Translations under genes and position numbers: made by a program
Shown here: positions 1-10,900 of the stretch, piece after piece
Numbering within the stretch: position 1 is the first letter of the stretch
Layout: every line of letters begins with the position of its first letter
Notes under the pieces: model-generated
What the model was told of the DNA's origin: nothing
The model's database searches: none
What the model saw: the letters and a program-made list of their open reading frames with translations, nothing else
NCBI GenBank assembly: GCA_031264865.1
Contig: JAISDJ010000031.1
Location: 9,553-73,552 of the forward strand
Length of the DNA stretch: 64,000 nt
Direction of reading: 5' to 3'
DNA from: Tannerellaceae bacterium
Lineage (GTDB): Bacteria > Bacteroidota > Bacteroidia > Bacteroidales > Tannerellaceae

Positions 1-2
1 GC

Positions 3-647
3 GTATTCATGATTTATGGAAATCCCGACTTAAAGCCCGAAACGAGCCACAACTTTACGCTCTCCACCGAATACACCAACAGCTATTACAACTTCTCTGC
101 CACCGGTTATTACAACCTGGTAGAAAACCGCATTACAACAGCATGGAGCCAGGCGCTGAAAGGTCAACTATATGCCAATATAGATAAAATCACGATTACA
201 GGCGCCGACGTTAATGCCTCGGCAAAATTCCCCTGTGGTATAGGTGCCCGCTTTTCTTACATTTACACGCACGAAACGATTGAAAAAGGGCAGCCTTTGG
301 TATCGGTAACACGTCCACACACAGCTACAGCCCGCATAGAATACGGTAAGTCGTGGAAAAATTACGGCTTCAATCTCATGTTGAACGGACGCTTCCTCTC
401 GAAAGTAACAGCCGATGAATATACTGGTATCACATCGTACGAAGAAACAATGAGGGTTTCTTATCCGGCCTATACGATATGGAAACTCAGCTTGTTGCAA
501 ACTATCCGCAAAGGGATAAACCTTACGCTGGCTGTAGATAATTTATTCAATTATGTTCCATCGTACTATTATTTCAACTCGCCTTATACAACAGGGGCTA
601 CCGTTTCAGCAGGCATCTCGTTGGATATCGATAAATTATTCAACTAA
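3..647 (+). CDS. hmuR: TonB-dependent receptor, C-terminal part (HmuR-like; 5' end outside window)
   Basis: Frame open from base 3; 'GNPDLKPETS' and 'VDNLFNY' barrel motifs; first gene of a hmuSTUV-like run. Confidence 0.8.
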   Translation, partial: VFMIYGNPDLKPETSHNFTLSTEYTNSYYNFSATGYYNLVENRITTAWSQALKGQLYANIDKITITGADVNASAKFPCGIGARFSYIYTHETIEKGQPLVSVTRPHTATARIEYGKSWKNYGFNLMLNGRFLSKVTADEYTGITSYEETMRVSYPAYTIWKLSLLQTIRKGINLTLAVDNLFNYVPSYYYFNSPYTTGATVSAGISLDIDKLFN

Positions 648-668
648 TAGATAAATTACAATAGTGTT

Positions 669-3600
669 ATGAGTAAGAAGAAATTAATTATTATGGTCCT
701 TGGTATGATCCTTGTTGTTGGAGCCTGTTGGTTTGCATGGAGCAAGCTGGCGTCTACTACCCGGATTGCCTTGGTCAATTTTCAGCAATTTCAGGTAACA
801 AGTATTGTCAGGGCTAATGATGATACATTTATAACGTACGAAATTGTTCCCTTGGAAAAACTTCGTAAACTGAAAAACTACGACTGTGTACTGGCTTTTG
901 GGATGGGATTGGGTATCTCAGCCGAACAACGTGAAATCATACAAACAACAGCCGACAGGGGAACACCCCTGTTTGTATATGCCGCTACCAATCCGGAAAA
1001 TGACATCTGCAATATGGATAGTGTACAGCGGGAAGACATCTCGGCTTATCTGAAAAATGGCAACAAAAAGAATTATGGCAGCATGGCGCGATATATCCGC
1101 CGGCATATCGATAAGAAAACATTTTTTACAGCTCCAGCCGATTCGGTTGTGGAAAGCGCATCGGATGTTCTCTATCACTTAAACGAAAACGTTTCTTTCC
1201 GGCAGGTTGATGAATATGAACAATACCTGAAACAACAGAACTGTTACAAAGAAGGAGCCCCCAAAGTAGCTATCATTGGCGGCTTGAATGATCCCTTCAG
1301 CGGAAATCGTGACAATATAGACAGTCTGATCGTTTCCCTTCAACAGGCAGGAATGAACGTATACCCCGTTTCATCGGCCATGAAGCGTATAGAATTTCTG
1401 CAACAGATACAGCCCAACGCCGTTGTATATTTTGCTCATGGACGAATGGCGATGGGGCAAGCAGACAGGGCGGTAGAATGGCTTAAAGACAGGAACATTC
1501 CTGTATTCTCACCTCTGACGATACTGCAAACCAAAGAAGAGTGGATGGAGAACCCGAACGGTATGATGGGAGGATTCATGTCGCAAAGCATCATTATGCC
1601 TGAACTGGATGGCACTATTTATCCCTATGTTGTAAATGTGCAGGAAGTAGATAAAGAGGGTCTGTACCTATTCAAAGCCATTCCGGATAGACTAAGGAAT
1701 TTTACACAGATTGTGAGCAATTTCATCTCCCTGAAAAGGAAGAACAATGCCGAGAAGAAAATATCCATCTACTATTTTAAAGGTGCTGGACAAGAAACTC
1801 TCACTGCGCAAGGATTGGAAACAACGCCCTCCCTCTACAATCTACTGAAACGATTGAAGGAGGAAGGCTATAGGGTAGACAATCTGCCTGCAAGCGAACA
1901 GGCGTTCGAAAAGCTCCTCATGACACAAGGTGCCGTTATGAGTACCTATGCCGAAGGCGCTTTCGATGATTATCTTAAAAACGGCAAACCGGCTTTAATA
2001 GAAAAGCAGGAATATGAATCGTGGATAAACCGCTCCTTGCCGGAAGAACTGTATGCCGATGTAACAACTACCTACGGCGAAGCCCCCGGCGCTTACATGC
2101 ATGTGAATAGAGAAGGAAAGGAATACTTGGCAGTAGCGCGCATCGAACTGGGAAATATCGCTTTACTGCCTCAACCGATGGCTGCGCTTGGTGGAGACGC
2201 TTTCGCCATTGTTCACGGGGCCAAAGCAGCGCCTCCGCATACTTATATCGCTGCCTATCTATGGTCGCAATATGCGTTTAAGGCAGATGCCATGCTACAC
2301 TTCGGAACGCACGGAAGCCTTGAATTTACCCCTCAGAAACAGATTGCGCTGAGTAGTAACGATTGGCCAGACCGCCTGGTAGGAACAATCCCGCATTTTT
2401 ACTATTATACGATTGGTAACATTGGCGAAAGCATGATGGCCAAACGCCGTTCGTATGCTACGGTTGTTTCATACCTTACCCCTCCGTTTATGGAGAGCGA
2501 AACCCGTTCGCAATTTAGCGTGTTGCAAAGTAAGATTCAAGACTATTACAAAACAGACGAGCCGATGCAACCCAAAGCTTCTCTAACCGTAAAAAAGATA
2601 GCCGTTGAAATGGGGTTGCACCGCGAATTACGCCTCGACAGTATACTATCCAATCCATATACGATGGAGGAAGTAGAGAAGATTGAAAACTTTGCCGAAG
2701 AAATTGCCAACGAAAAGATGACAGGCCAAATGTACACCACCGGAATTACCTACGAACCTGCTAAAATCCATTCGTCTGTACTGGCAATGAGTGCCGATCC
2801 AATAGCCTATAGCCTGGCCGCATTAGATAAACAGCGAGGAAAAGTAACCGACCAGCAATTAAAGAACAAGTCTTTCTTCACCCGCCGTTATTTAGATCCG
2901 GCCAAAGCATTGGTCAATCAGGTAATGAATGGTAAAACGATAGATAGTGCTTTTATCTGTAACGTAGCCGGTATCACACCGAAAGACCTGGCAGAAGCGA
3001 ACAAAATACTGACTCCTCCGCGGCAGGGAATGGCCGCCATGATGCAAGCCTCGTCATCAGCAAAGGGAGGAGGCAAACCTTCGGAAAGTTCAGGAGGCGG
3101 CCATCCGGCATGGATCCCTAAAATAGGAAAAAAGCCGGATGATGTAAAAACGCCCAAAGCAGAAATGCCCAAGCAAACCGAAAAGCCGAAACAACCTGAA
3201 TACACTAAAGAACAAAAAGACCGGGCGCGTGCCATCGCAGAGGTAGAACGAACTATCAACAACATACTAAACTACCAAAACGCTTTACAGCAAAGCCCCG
3301 AAATAGAAATGAAAGCTATCCTCAATGCGTTGTCAGGAGGCTATATTATCCCTTCGTCGGGTGGTGACGCCATAGCCAATCCAAGTGCAGTCCCGACAGG
3401 ACGTAATCTGTATTCTATCAATGCAGAGGCTACCCCTTCGGAAGTGGCATGGGATAAAGGTGTCTCACTAGTAAATGCCACGTTGGAGCAATACCGGAAA
3501 CAGCATGGCGAATACCCTCGAAAAGTAAGTTATACTTTCTGGAGTAGCGAGTTTATAGAAAGCGAGGGTGCTACCATTGCGCAAGTTTTATACATGCTGG

Positions 3601-4895
3601 GAGTAGAACCTGTACGAGACGCCTTCGGACGGGTATCCGATATTCGCCTGATTGCTTCCGAAACGTTAGGTCGTCCGCGCATCGATGTAGTTGTGCAGAC
3701 GTCCGGACAATTCCGAGACCTGGCTGCTTCACGCTTATCTTTAATCACCGAAGCGGTAGAAATGGCCGCTTCGGCTAAAGGCGATACCTACGAAAACTTT
3801 GTATCATCCGGCGCCACCGAAATAGAACGTCAATTGGTAGAACAGGGCATCGCGCCCAAAAACGCACGGGAAATGTCTACCCAACGTGTATTCGGAGGTA
3901 TCAACGGCATGTATGGAACGGGTATTCAGGAAATGGTGAAAAGCGGAGATAAGTGGGAAAACGAAAAAGAAATTGCCGAAACCTATATTCATAACATGAG
4001 CGCTGTTTATGGAAGCGAAAAAGGCTGGGGTGACTATCAGGCAGGTCTGCTCCGAGCTGCTCTCCATCATACGGATGTAGTGGTGCAGCCGCGCCAGAGC
4101 AATACCTGGGGAGCTTTGAGTCTCGACCATGTGTTTGAATTTATGGGTGGTCTTAATCTGGCCGTACGCGATGTTACGGGTAAAGACCCTGACGCTTATT
4201 TTGCCGATTACCGCAACCGTAACAATGTGAAAATACAGGAACTGAAAGAAGCTATCGGCGTAGAATCGCGTTCGACAGTCTTTAATCTGGCCTATATCCG
4301 GGAAATAATGAAAGGCAAAGCATCAAGTGCGGCGCAGATAACCGAAGTAGTCACCAATACCTATGCCTGGAATGTGATGAAGCCTGATGTTATCGACCAT
4401 GAAATGTGGGACCGTTTATATGATGTATATGTAAAAGACACCCACAAACTGGGCATACAGCAATTCTTCAAAGAGCAGAATCCGCAGGCCATGCAGGAAA
4501 TCACCGCCGTAATGATGGAAACGGCCCGTAAAGGTATGTGGAAAGCCACAGACCAACAGTTGATCGACATAGCGCAGCTTCATACTGATTTGGTGAAAGA
4601 GTTTGGAGCGAGTGGTTCGGGATTTGCAGGTTCGAATAGCAAGCTTCAGGATTTTATCTCCCGGAACTCTTCCTCTGAAGATGCGGCTGTGTATCAGCAA
4701 CAACTTCAAAAGATGAAAGTTTCAGACGCTTCTTTCGAAATCAATAAAAGTGGCACCGTACTTAAAAAAGAAACGGTTTCCTCATTTGAGGATGGAGAAA
4801 AAAATTCATTGAACGGAATTGTATCTGTGGCAATTGCACTTGGCGCTTTTGTGGTAATCATGATGATTGTGAGGAAGAAAAGAAACAATAACTAA
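669..4895 (+). CDS. hmuS: CobN/Mg-chelatase-like protein HmuS (heme dechelatase family)
   Basis: 1408 aa; 'HFGTHGSLEF', 'PTGRN', 'GRPRIDV' CobN motifs; N- and C-terminal hydrophobic helices; hmu context. Confidence 0.88.
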   Translation: MSKKKLIIMVLGMILVVGACWFAWSKLASTTRIALVNFQQFQVTSIVRANDDTFITYEIVPLEKLRKLKNYDCVLAFGMGLGISAEQREIIQTTADRGTPLFVYAATNPENDICNMDSVQREDISAYLKNGNKKNYGSMARYIRRHIDKKTFFTAPADSVVESASDVLYHLNENVSFRQVDEYEQYLKQQNCYKEGAPKVAIIGGLNDPFSGNRDNIDSLIVSLQQAGMNVYPVSSAMKRIEFLQQIQPNAVVYFAHGRMAMGQADRAVEWLKDRNIPVFSPLTILQTKEEWMENPNGMMGGFMSQSIIMPELDGTIYPYVVNVQEVDKEGLYLFKAIPDRLRNFTQIVSNFISLKRKNNAEKKISIYYFKGAGQETLTAQGLETTPSLYNLLKRLKEEGYRVDNLPASEQAFEKLLMTQGAVMSTYAEGAFDDYLKNGKPALIEKQEYESWINRSLPEELYADVTTTYGEAPGAYMHVNREGKEYLAVARIELGNIALLPQPMAALGGDAFAIVHGAKAAPPHTYIAAYLWSQYAFKADAMLHFGTHGSLEFTPQKQIALSSNDWPDRLVGTIPHFYYYTIGNIGESMMAKRRSYATVVSYLTPPFMESETRSQFSVLQSKIQDYYKTDEPMQPKASLTVKKIAVEMGLHRELRLDSILSNPYTMEEVEKIENFAEEIANEKMTGQMYTTGITYEPAKIHSSVLAMSADPIAYSLAALDKQRGKVTDQQLKNKSFFTRRYLDPAKALVNQVMNGKTIDSAFICNVAGITPKDLAEANKILTPPRQGMAAMMQASSSAKGGGKPSESSGGGHPAWIPKIGKKPDDVKTPKAEMPKQTEKPKQPEYTKEQKDRARAIAEVERTINNILNYQNALQQSPEIEMKAILNALSGGYIIPSSGGDAIANPSAVPTGRNLYSINAEATPSEVAWDKGVSLVNATLEQYRKQHGEYPRKVSYTFWSSEFIESEGATIAQVLYMLGVEPVRDAFGRVSDIRLIASETLGRPRIDVVVQTSGQFRDLAASRLSLITEAVEMAASAKGDTYENFVSSGATEIERQLVEQGIAPKNAREMSTQRVFGGINGMYGTGIQEMVKSGDKWENEKEIAETYIHNMSAVYGSEKGWGDYQAGLLRAALHHTDVVVQPRQSNTWGALSLDHVFEFMGGLNLAVRDVTGKDPDAYFADYRNRNNVKIQELKEAIGVESRSTVFNLAYIREIMKGKASSAAQITEVVTNTYAWNVMKPDVIDHEMWDRLYDVYVKDTHKLGIQQFFKEQNPQAMQEITAVMMETARKGMWKATDQQLIDIAQLHTDLVKEFGASGSGFAGSNSKLQDFISRNSSSEDAAVYQQQLQKMKVSDASFEINKSGTVLKKETVSSFEDGEKNSLNGIVSVAIALGAFVVIMMIVRKKRNNN

Positions 4896-5614
4896 TGGAA
4901 CTTATCATCCAGCTATTGATGCTGTTCATCCTGATAAATTGTATCCTGAAACTAAGTTTCTGGAAACCTTGGCAGGCAGCTCTGTTCAGTCTTATCTGTG
5001 CCGTCTTTATCGTTTGGGCGTGCCGGTATGCCATCCTCCAATCCAAAACACAGTTGGCCGATTATCTGAAAAACAGAAAGGTGATGCAAGACGCAGCTGT
5101 ATTAATTACAGTAGAATCGGCCCTTTGCTTTGCCTTTTGTTTTGCCGCCCTGCGTGAACTGTTCGGCAAGAAAACAAAAAGATGGGTACAACCTCTATAC
5201 CGGTATCCGGGACTGCTGATTTTTCCGGTATTATTCTACCTGCTCACACAACTGATCTTTGCTATGCCGGGAACAGATTTCACAACGATCTCATACCTTC
5301 TGGCTGCCGGTGTATTGATAGGATTACCGGCATTGGCCTATTGGATGAGATATCTGTATCCGGAAAAAGAACTCAGACTGGAAATACATTTCCTTGTTAG
5401 TCTTTTTGTTTGCATTACAGGCCTTATTACTACGGTGGATGGGAATGTTACTTATGCCGCCGTGGAAAAACCGCTGGACGGGAAAGCCCTCGTTTTATCC
5501 TTCACCCTCTTTGCTGCGGCCTTTCTGGCCGGTTATTTGTGCGACAAGGCAAAATGGATAATCAGGCGGAAGAAAGAATTGAAAAATAGAAATCAACTAA
5601 AAATAAAAGCGTAA
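4895..5614 (+). CDS. hmuT: HmuT-like multi-pass membrane protein
   Basis: Several hydrophobic helices; TAATG overlap with hmuS; operon position. Confidence 0.75.
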   Translation: MELIIQLLMLFILINCILKLSFWKPWQAALFSLICAVFIVWACRYAILQSKTQLADYLKNRKVMQDAAVLITVESALCFAFCFAALRELFGKKTKRWVQPLYRYPGLLIFPVLFYLLTQLIFAMPGTDFTTISYLLAAGVLIGLPALAYWMRYLYPEKELRLEIHFLVSLFVCITGLITTVDGNVTYAAVEKPLDGKALVLSFTLFAAAFLAGYLCDKAKWIIRRKKELKNRNQLKIKA

Positions 5615-5617
5615 AAA

Positions 5618-6214
5618 ATGGAAGTTATCTCTAACCTGTTGTTCTGGGTGGCAAACAGCCTTTTGATCCCTGATATTATTATCCTGTTGGTGCTTTTTGC
5701 CCGCTCACTGTTATTGATTGGCGGCTTCTACAACCAGTTTATGGTAAAGCGACAGAATGACAAGAAGCTCAATGATAAAATAAAGAATCTGAATTTAACA
5801 TCTATCGATTCATTAAAAGCTGCTTTGCCCGAAAAAGACAATTCATTATTCATAAGATATATGCGGGATTTGCTGACCACTCCCCCTAGTGAAGCCTACT
5901 GTGATTTCCTTATTTCCAATTTTGAAAATGAAGCAGAGAAAGATACGTCTCTATCTAAGCTACTGGCAAAGATGGGACCTGTATTAGGACTTATCGGGAC
6001 ATTGATAGCCATGAGTCCGGCGTTGGTCGGTCTGTCAACAGGCGATATTTCAGGAATGGCCTATAATATGCAGGTAGTATTTGCCACAACGGTTGTAGGG
6101 CTTGTAGTAAGCGCTATCGGCTTAGTCACCCTCCAGTTTAAGCAACGCTGGTATGCACACGATGTAAACAATCTTGATTATGTATCAAGAATTCTAACCG
6201 ATAAACAGCTATAG
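5618..6214 (+). CDS. hmuU: MotA/TolQ/ExbB proton channel family protein (HmuU)
   Basis: 'GPVLGLIGTL' and 'FATTVVGL' motifs. Confidence 0.85.
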   Translation: MEVISNLLFWVANSLLIPDIIILLVLFARSLLLIGGFYNQFMVKRQNDKKLNDKIKNLNLTSIDSLKAALPEKDNSLFIRYMRDLLTTPPSEAYCDFLISNFENEAEKDTSLSKLLAKMGPVLGLIGTLIAMSPALVGLSTGDISGMAYNMQVVFATTVVGLVVSAIGLVTLQFKQRWYAHDVNNLDYVSRILTDKQL

Positions 6215-6216
6215 CC

Positions 6217-6555
6217 ATGAGAAACAAACAAAGACGAATCAGTAAATTCTCAAAAGAAGAAGATGCCGATCCGCTAAGTGTTATCGTAAATCTCTTCGAT
6301 GTAGCGATGGTATTTGCCGTAGCCCTGATGGTAGCTATGGTAATGCACATGAACATGACGGAAGTCTTCACCCAGGAAGACTATACGATTGTAAAAAACC
6401 CAGGGAAAGACAACATGGAGATAATCACCAAAGAAGGAAACAAGATAAATAAATACACCCCCTCCCAAGATCAATCTTCATCTCAGAAAAAAGGCCGTAA
6501 AGTAGGTATTGCCTACGAACTTGAAAACGGAGAAATTATTTATGTACCGGAATAA
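6217..6555 (+). CDS. hmuV: DUF2149 protein (HmuV)
   Basis: 'DPLSVIVNLFDVAMVF' and C-terminal 'GEIIYVPE'. Confidence 0.85.
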   Translation: MRNKQRRISKFSKEEDADPLSVIVNLFDVAMVFAVALMVAMVMHMNMTEVFTQEDYTIVKNPGKDNMEIITKEGNKINKYTPSQDQSSSQKKGRKVGIAYELENGEIIYVPE

Positions 6556-6626
6556 TAATAAAATATCCGTATGAATCTGCGTATTCTGTGTACTATAAAT
6601 AGGAACAGAGAGTATTTAAGTAGTTG

Positions 6627-7835
6627 TTATTGATCCTTGAATAATGGGTTAATTATTTCTATATCTCCATCATTGGGAGCTGGTTTTAATCCTAATAGTT
6701 TGGCTATGATGAGGTATAAGTTTACATTGGGCATAACGGGGAGTTCTACATTTTTCTTGAATGCAGGGCCTGCTGCGTAGAAGATGGCTTCCATTTCGGG
6801 AGCAAAATTATCATATCCGTGAGTTGCTGCCAGTCGTGGACTTGATTGAGGGCGGAATTGTACATACGTCCCTACGTGAGGGATCACTACGATATCGCCA
6901 ATCCGCGGGTTTTTACCATAAACGAATCTTTCCGGTATATCTTCCTTTTTATAGACTTCTATATGAGGGACCTTTTGCAGGATAGCCATTGCGCTGTCCG
7001 TGTATGTTTTTTTAGGATATAAAAAGGTTGGAACTCCATCGAATACGTAATCGAAACTATCCCGGGGGAGGTAATCGTTCAAGTTGACGTATTTATCGGG
7101 ATAGTAAGTAGCCATACCATGGTCGGAGAGAACGATGAAGTTTATCTTTTTAAAGTGCTTCAGTTTACGGGCTTCGGTGAAATAATAATTCAATACGCTG
7201 TCCAGCTTTTCCACCATCGCGTACGTAGCGGAGGAATCGGGCGTAGCATAATGCCCAATGCCATCCGGTTCTTCAATATACCACATGATGAGATGGGGGC
7301 GGGTATCTTTAGGTAATTGCAACCATGAGACAACAGAGTCTGCCCTGTTGGTATAAGGTACTGATTTATCATACGATTTACATATAGAAGGCCACATTCC
7401 CTGTACGGGGGCTTCGCTTCCTACCCAGAAGAATATGGCTGACTTTACTCCCTGCTTCTCCGCTGTATTCCATATAGGCTCTCCACCATAAAAGTCGGGA
7501 TTGGTAACGGCTTCGTTATTGCCTATCTGGTAAACCTTATCCAACTCGGAGGCATAAAAAGAATTGTTTACCAATCCGTGATGGTCGGGATGCAATCCGG
7601 TAGCTAGTGTATAATGATTGGGAAATGTTACACTGGGAAAAGAAGGGCGAAAAGCTGCTTTTACGCCTACCTTCGCCAATGAATCCAACGTAGGTGTATG
7701 GGCTATTTTCGTATAATCGGAACGGAATCCATCTAATGACAGAACAACCACGTACTCACCCAGCGCCTTTTTAGAAGCGCATCCGGTAATTAATAAAAAG
7801 AAGCAAATACCCAATGAAATCAATGTCTTATACAT
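6627..7835 (-). CDS. Ectonucleotide pyrophosphatase/phosphodiesterase (alkaline phosphatase superfamily), probable lipoprotein
   Basis: 'SLDGFR', 'TFPNHY', 'SDHGM', 'HGYDN'; lipobox-like 'LITGC' after ATG at 7835. Confidence 0.88.
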   Translation of the reverse strand: MYKTLISLGICFFLLITGCASKKALGEYVVVLSLDGFRSDYTKIAHTPTLDSLAKVGVKAAFRPSFPSVTFPNHYTLATGLHPDHHGLVNNSFYASELDKVYQIGNNEAVTNPDFYGGEPIWNTAEKQGVKSAIFFWVGSEAPVQGMWPSICKSYDKSVPYTNRADSVVSWLQLPKDTRPHLIMWYIEEPDGIGHYATPDSSATYAMVEKLDSVLNYYFTEARKLKHFKKINFIVLSDHGMATYYPDKYVNLNDYLPRDSFDYVFDGVPTFLYPKKTYTDSAMAILQKVPHIEVYKKEDIPERFVYGKNPRIGDIVVIPHVGTYVQFRPQSSPRLAATHGYDNFAPEMEAIFYAAGPAFKKNVELPVMPNVNLYLIIAKLLGLKPAPNDGDIEIINPLFKDQ

Positions 7836-7855
7836 ACAATAAAAATATTTGAGTT

Positions 7856-7892
7856 GAAAAAAAGAGGTTTCACAAAGATGATGAAACCTCTT
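7856..7892 (-). terminator. Intrinsic terminator after the TonB receptor
   Basis: aagaggtttca/tgaaacctctt 11-bp stem with an A-tract on the left (U-tract on minus strand). Confidence 0.7.
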
Positions 7893-7923
7893 ATATGATA
7901 CATTATTCAAAAGAACCCAGTTA

Positions 7924-10900
7924 TCAGAAGATATATTTTACACCAAACTGCATTTGCCAGCGCGAAGCCTTTTCGGTATAATCCTGGAATGTTTCGGTAA
8001 GACTATTATTCATGGCATATTTCAATGTGTAATTATTATTCTTGTTGGGACTTTGTTTTACTTGCAAGAATTGATACTGCGGACTGCTTGCACTGCCGGA
8101 GATAGTGGTTTGTTGTACGCCCCAGTTTTTATTTAGCAGATTAAGGAAATTCGCAATATCAAAGCTGATGCGTAGCGTATGGGAGCGTCCGCTTTTCTGG
8201 AATACTTTAAAGTCGTGATAGATACTCATATCCAATTGATTTGCAAAAGGAACGATACCTCCGTTGCGTTCGGTATATTCACCTCTGTGTTTGCTCAGAT
8301 AAGGGTCTTGTTCGATAAAGGCATTCATGGCTTTCCATGCGTCTTCTTGGCTATCGAATCCGTCGGCTGTCAGATGGTCTTTCACTTCGTTAAAGTCTCT
8401 TGGTACATATATTAAATCATTTGCAGATTGAGAATCACCATTGGCATCGCCGTTATAGCAATACGAATAGCGGAAGGGGCGGTATCGTTGATAAATTAAG
8501 CCGAAATTGGTAGATGTATTCTTGCTCCAGTTGGCTGTATAGGAAGCCGACAATAATAATCGCCCGCTGGTAGAACCGGCGCTGAAACCAAGCTCTTCGG
8601 CATTGCTATCCAGTGCTGGTCGGTATCTCCAGGCGGATGTTGCAACAGAAGACGTTCCGTCTGTTACGCTTTTGGCTATACCTACCGTATACGAACCATT
8701 CAGATAAAGACCTTTCATTATTCCGTCGTTAAATGTACGCTGCAACTGGAAGGTGGTATAAAAGGAATATCCTTTGTTGGTATTGCGTAGCATCACAACA
8801 TTGTTAGCCGCTCTATCATTTCCATCCATATTACTGTAAAGACCGTCGTAAACGGGACGTTTATTACCCTCTCCACCGTCATTTACAAATTGATCGGTTT
8901 TATACAAACCGATATTGTCGTGATAAATCGCATTGAGGTCTTTGGAATAAAGCATTTCTACCGTAGCAATCCATCCGTCGAGGAACCGGTAATCGGCGGC
9001 GATATTACTTTTCCATAAGTTCGGATATTTGAAGTCCGGATCCGTAATGGCTATATCGGCGCGTGTTGCAGCACCTTGCGCCGGTTTGTATGTATCAAAA
9101 CTACCAGTGAATCCAAGTGGTGCAAGATTATCAAATTCTTCAGGCGTACCTTTGCCATTCCGGTATAAACTTAAATCTCCAAACAACACGCCGTTATTAC
9201 CTGCCTGGTTGCTGATCCACACATAAGGAGGCGTACCTGAAAATAATCCGGTGCCTCCGCGAACCTGTAAAGAACCATCTTCAAAAGGTTTATAATTAAA
9301 TCCGAAACGGGGAGAAAATAACGGTTTGGCATTCGGATATTTGGATACATCGATCTTTATCCCGTCGCGATAGGTTTCTGATGCTACCCGGTCATTTGAA
9401 GGAAGGTCGGTCATAAAGAACGGAACATCTACCCGCAAGCCCAACGTCATATTCAGCCTGTCGTTTACTGTCCATTTGTCTTGCGCATAAAGTCCTAACT
9501 GGAATACATTTATTTTGGCAAACGGGAATGTATCGCCTAATGTATATTTTTGTGTATAATACTGAGATCCTGTCGTAGCAGAATTAGTAATACCTGTAAC
9601 TGCCGGCGCAAAACCATAATCAGCCGGATTGTATTTACGGACGTCAAAACCTTGTATGCTACCGTTATGGCTGTTCATATAATCCTTTGTAGCCAATACA
9701 TTGAACTTAAAGTCGTCTAAAGAATTAAATACCCATGCACCGGGATAATTCTGGGCGAAACCATTCTTAAACGCACGATAGTCGCTCTGTGTACCAACGG
9801 TTATCTGGTGTTTACCCAGATTCATAATAAAATTATCCTGAATTTGCCAGATATCCGTATCTAATTGGTTATTATATGAATTGGCTTCTGTGCCAAATGT
9901 AGTATAAGCCTGGTTATTTCCGTTTAAGATATCTACCTGCGGGAAGAAACCTCCGTCCATATCGCGAAAATCACGTAGTCTGGAATAACCCACTTTAAAG
10001 TAATTACTCATTTTATCATTAATCGTTGTATTTAGATCGGCCATCCAGATATTAAAGTTATTGTTTGTACGATAATAGGACGAAGAGAAAGGGATAGCAT
10101 ACTGATTGGGGCCACGTCCGTTAGTTGGTGCCCCCGAAGTAGAGGGGTTGTTGGTATTAAAAGATTTCAGATAATAATATTTCACACTCAAGGTGTTTTT
10201 AGAATTGATATTCCAGTCGAGCCGGGCAGTAATACGGTCGGCCTCCGTATTCTTTTTATTTACATTATATGTACCGGGGTTGTAATTCAAATTATCATTT
10301 AAAAACGTTGATAAATCTTCCAGTACGGTAGCATCGACTACCGAATTTTCGGTTGTATAGGTAATCGGCTCCTCCTGACGATCCATTTCGGCATTGACGA
10401 AGAAGAATAATTTATTCTTAATAATCGGCCCTGATAAGGTAAGACCATACTGGTGGTTTGAAAATTCGGAAATAGGCTCAATCCTATCTTTTATACGGTA
10501 ACCCATCATAGACGGACTTTTTGTATAGGTATAAACAGAGGCATGAAATTCATTAGAACCCGATTTGGTAACCGAATTGATACCTGCTCCGGTAAAGCCG
10601 CCATTCCTTACGTCGTAAGGAGCAATCATTACCTGCACCTGCTCCAGAGATTCAAGGGAGATGGGTTCCGTTCCCGAAGCTCCTAAAGAAGAGCTTAATC
10701 CGAATGAATTATTAAATGAAGCACCGTCTACCGTAATATTATTGAACCGGTAGGAAATGCCGGCAAAGTTGTTTCCGCTACTCATTGGCGTAAGCTTAGT
10801 AAAATCGTTGAGTGAACGGTTTAACGTAGGCAGTTTATCCATTTTGTCGCGCGTAATGATTTCCTGGGCGCCGGTACGGTTTCCGGATATAATTCCGTTG

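Noticed and set aside
669-4895. Cobalamin-biosynthesis cobaltochelatase CobN
   Set aside because: Membrane anchors and the hmuR/T/U/V context indicate HmuS; no cob genes are nearby
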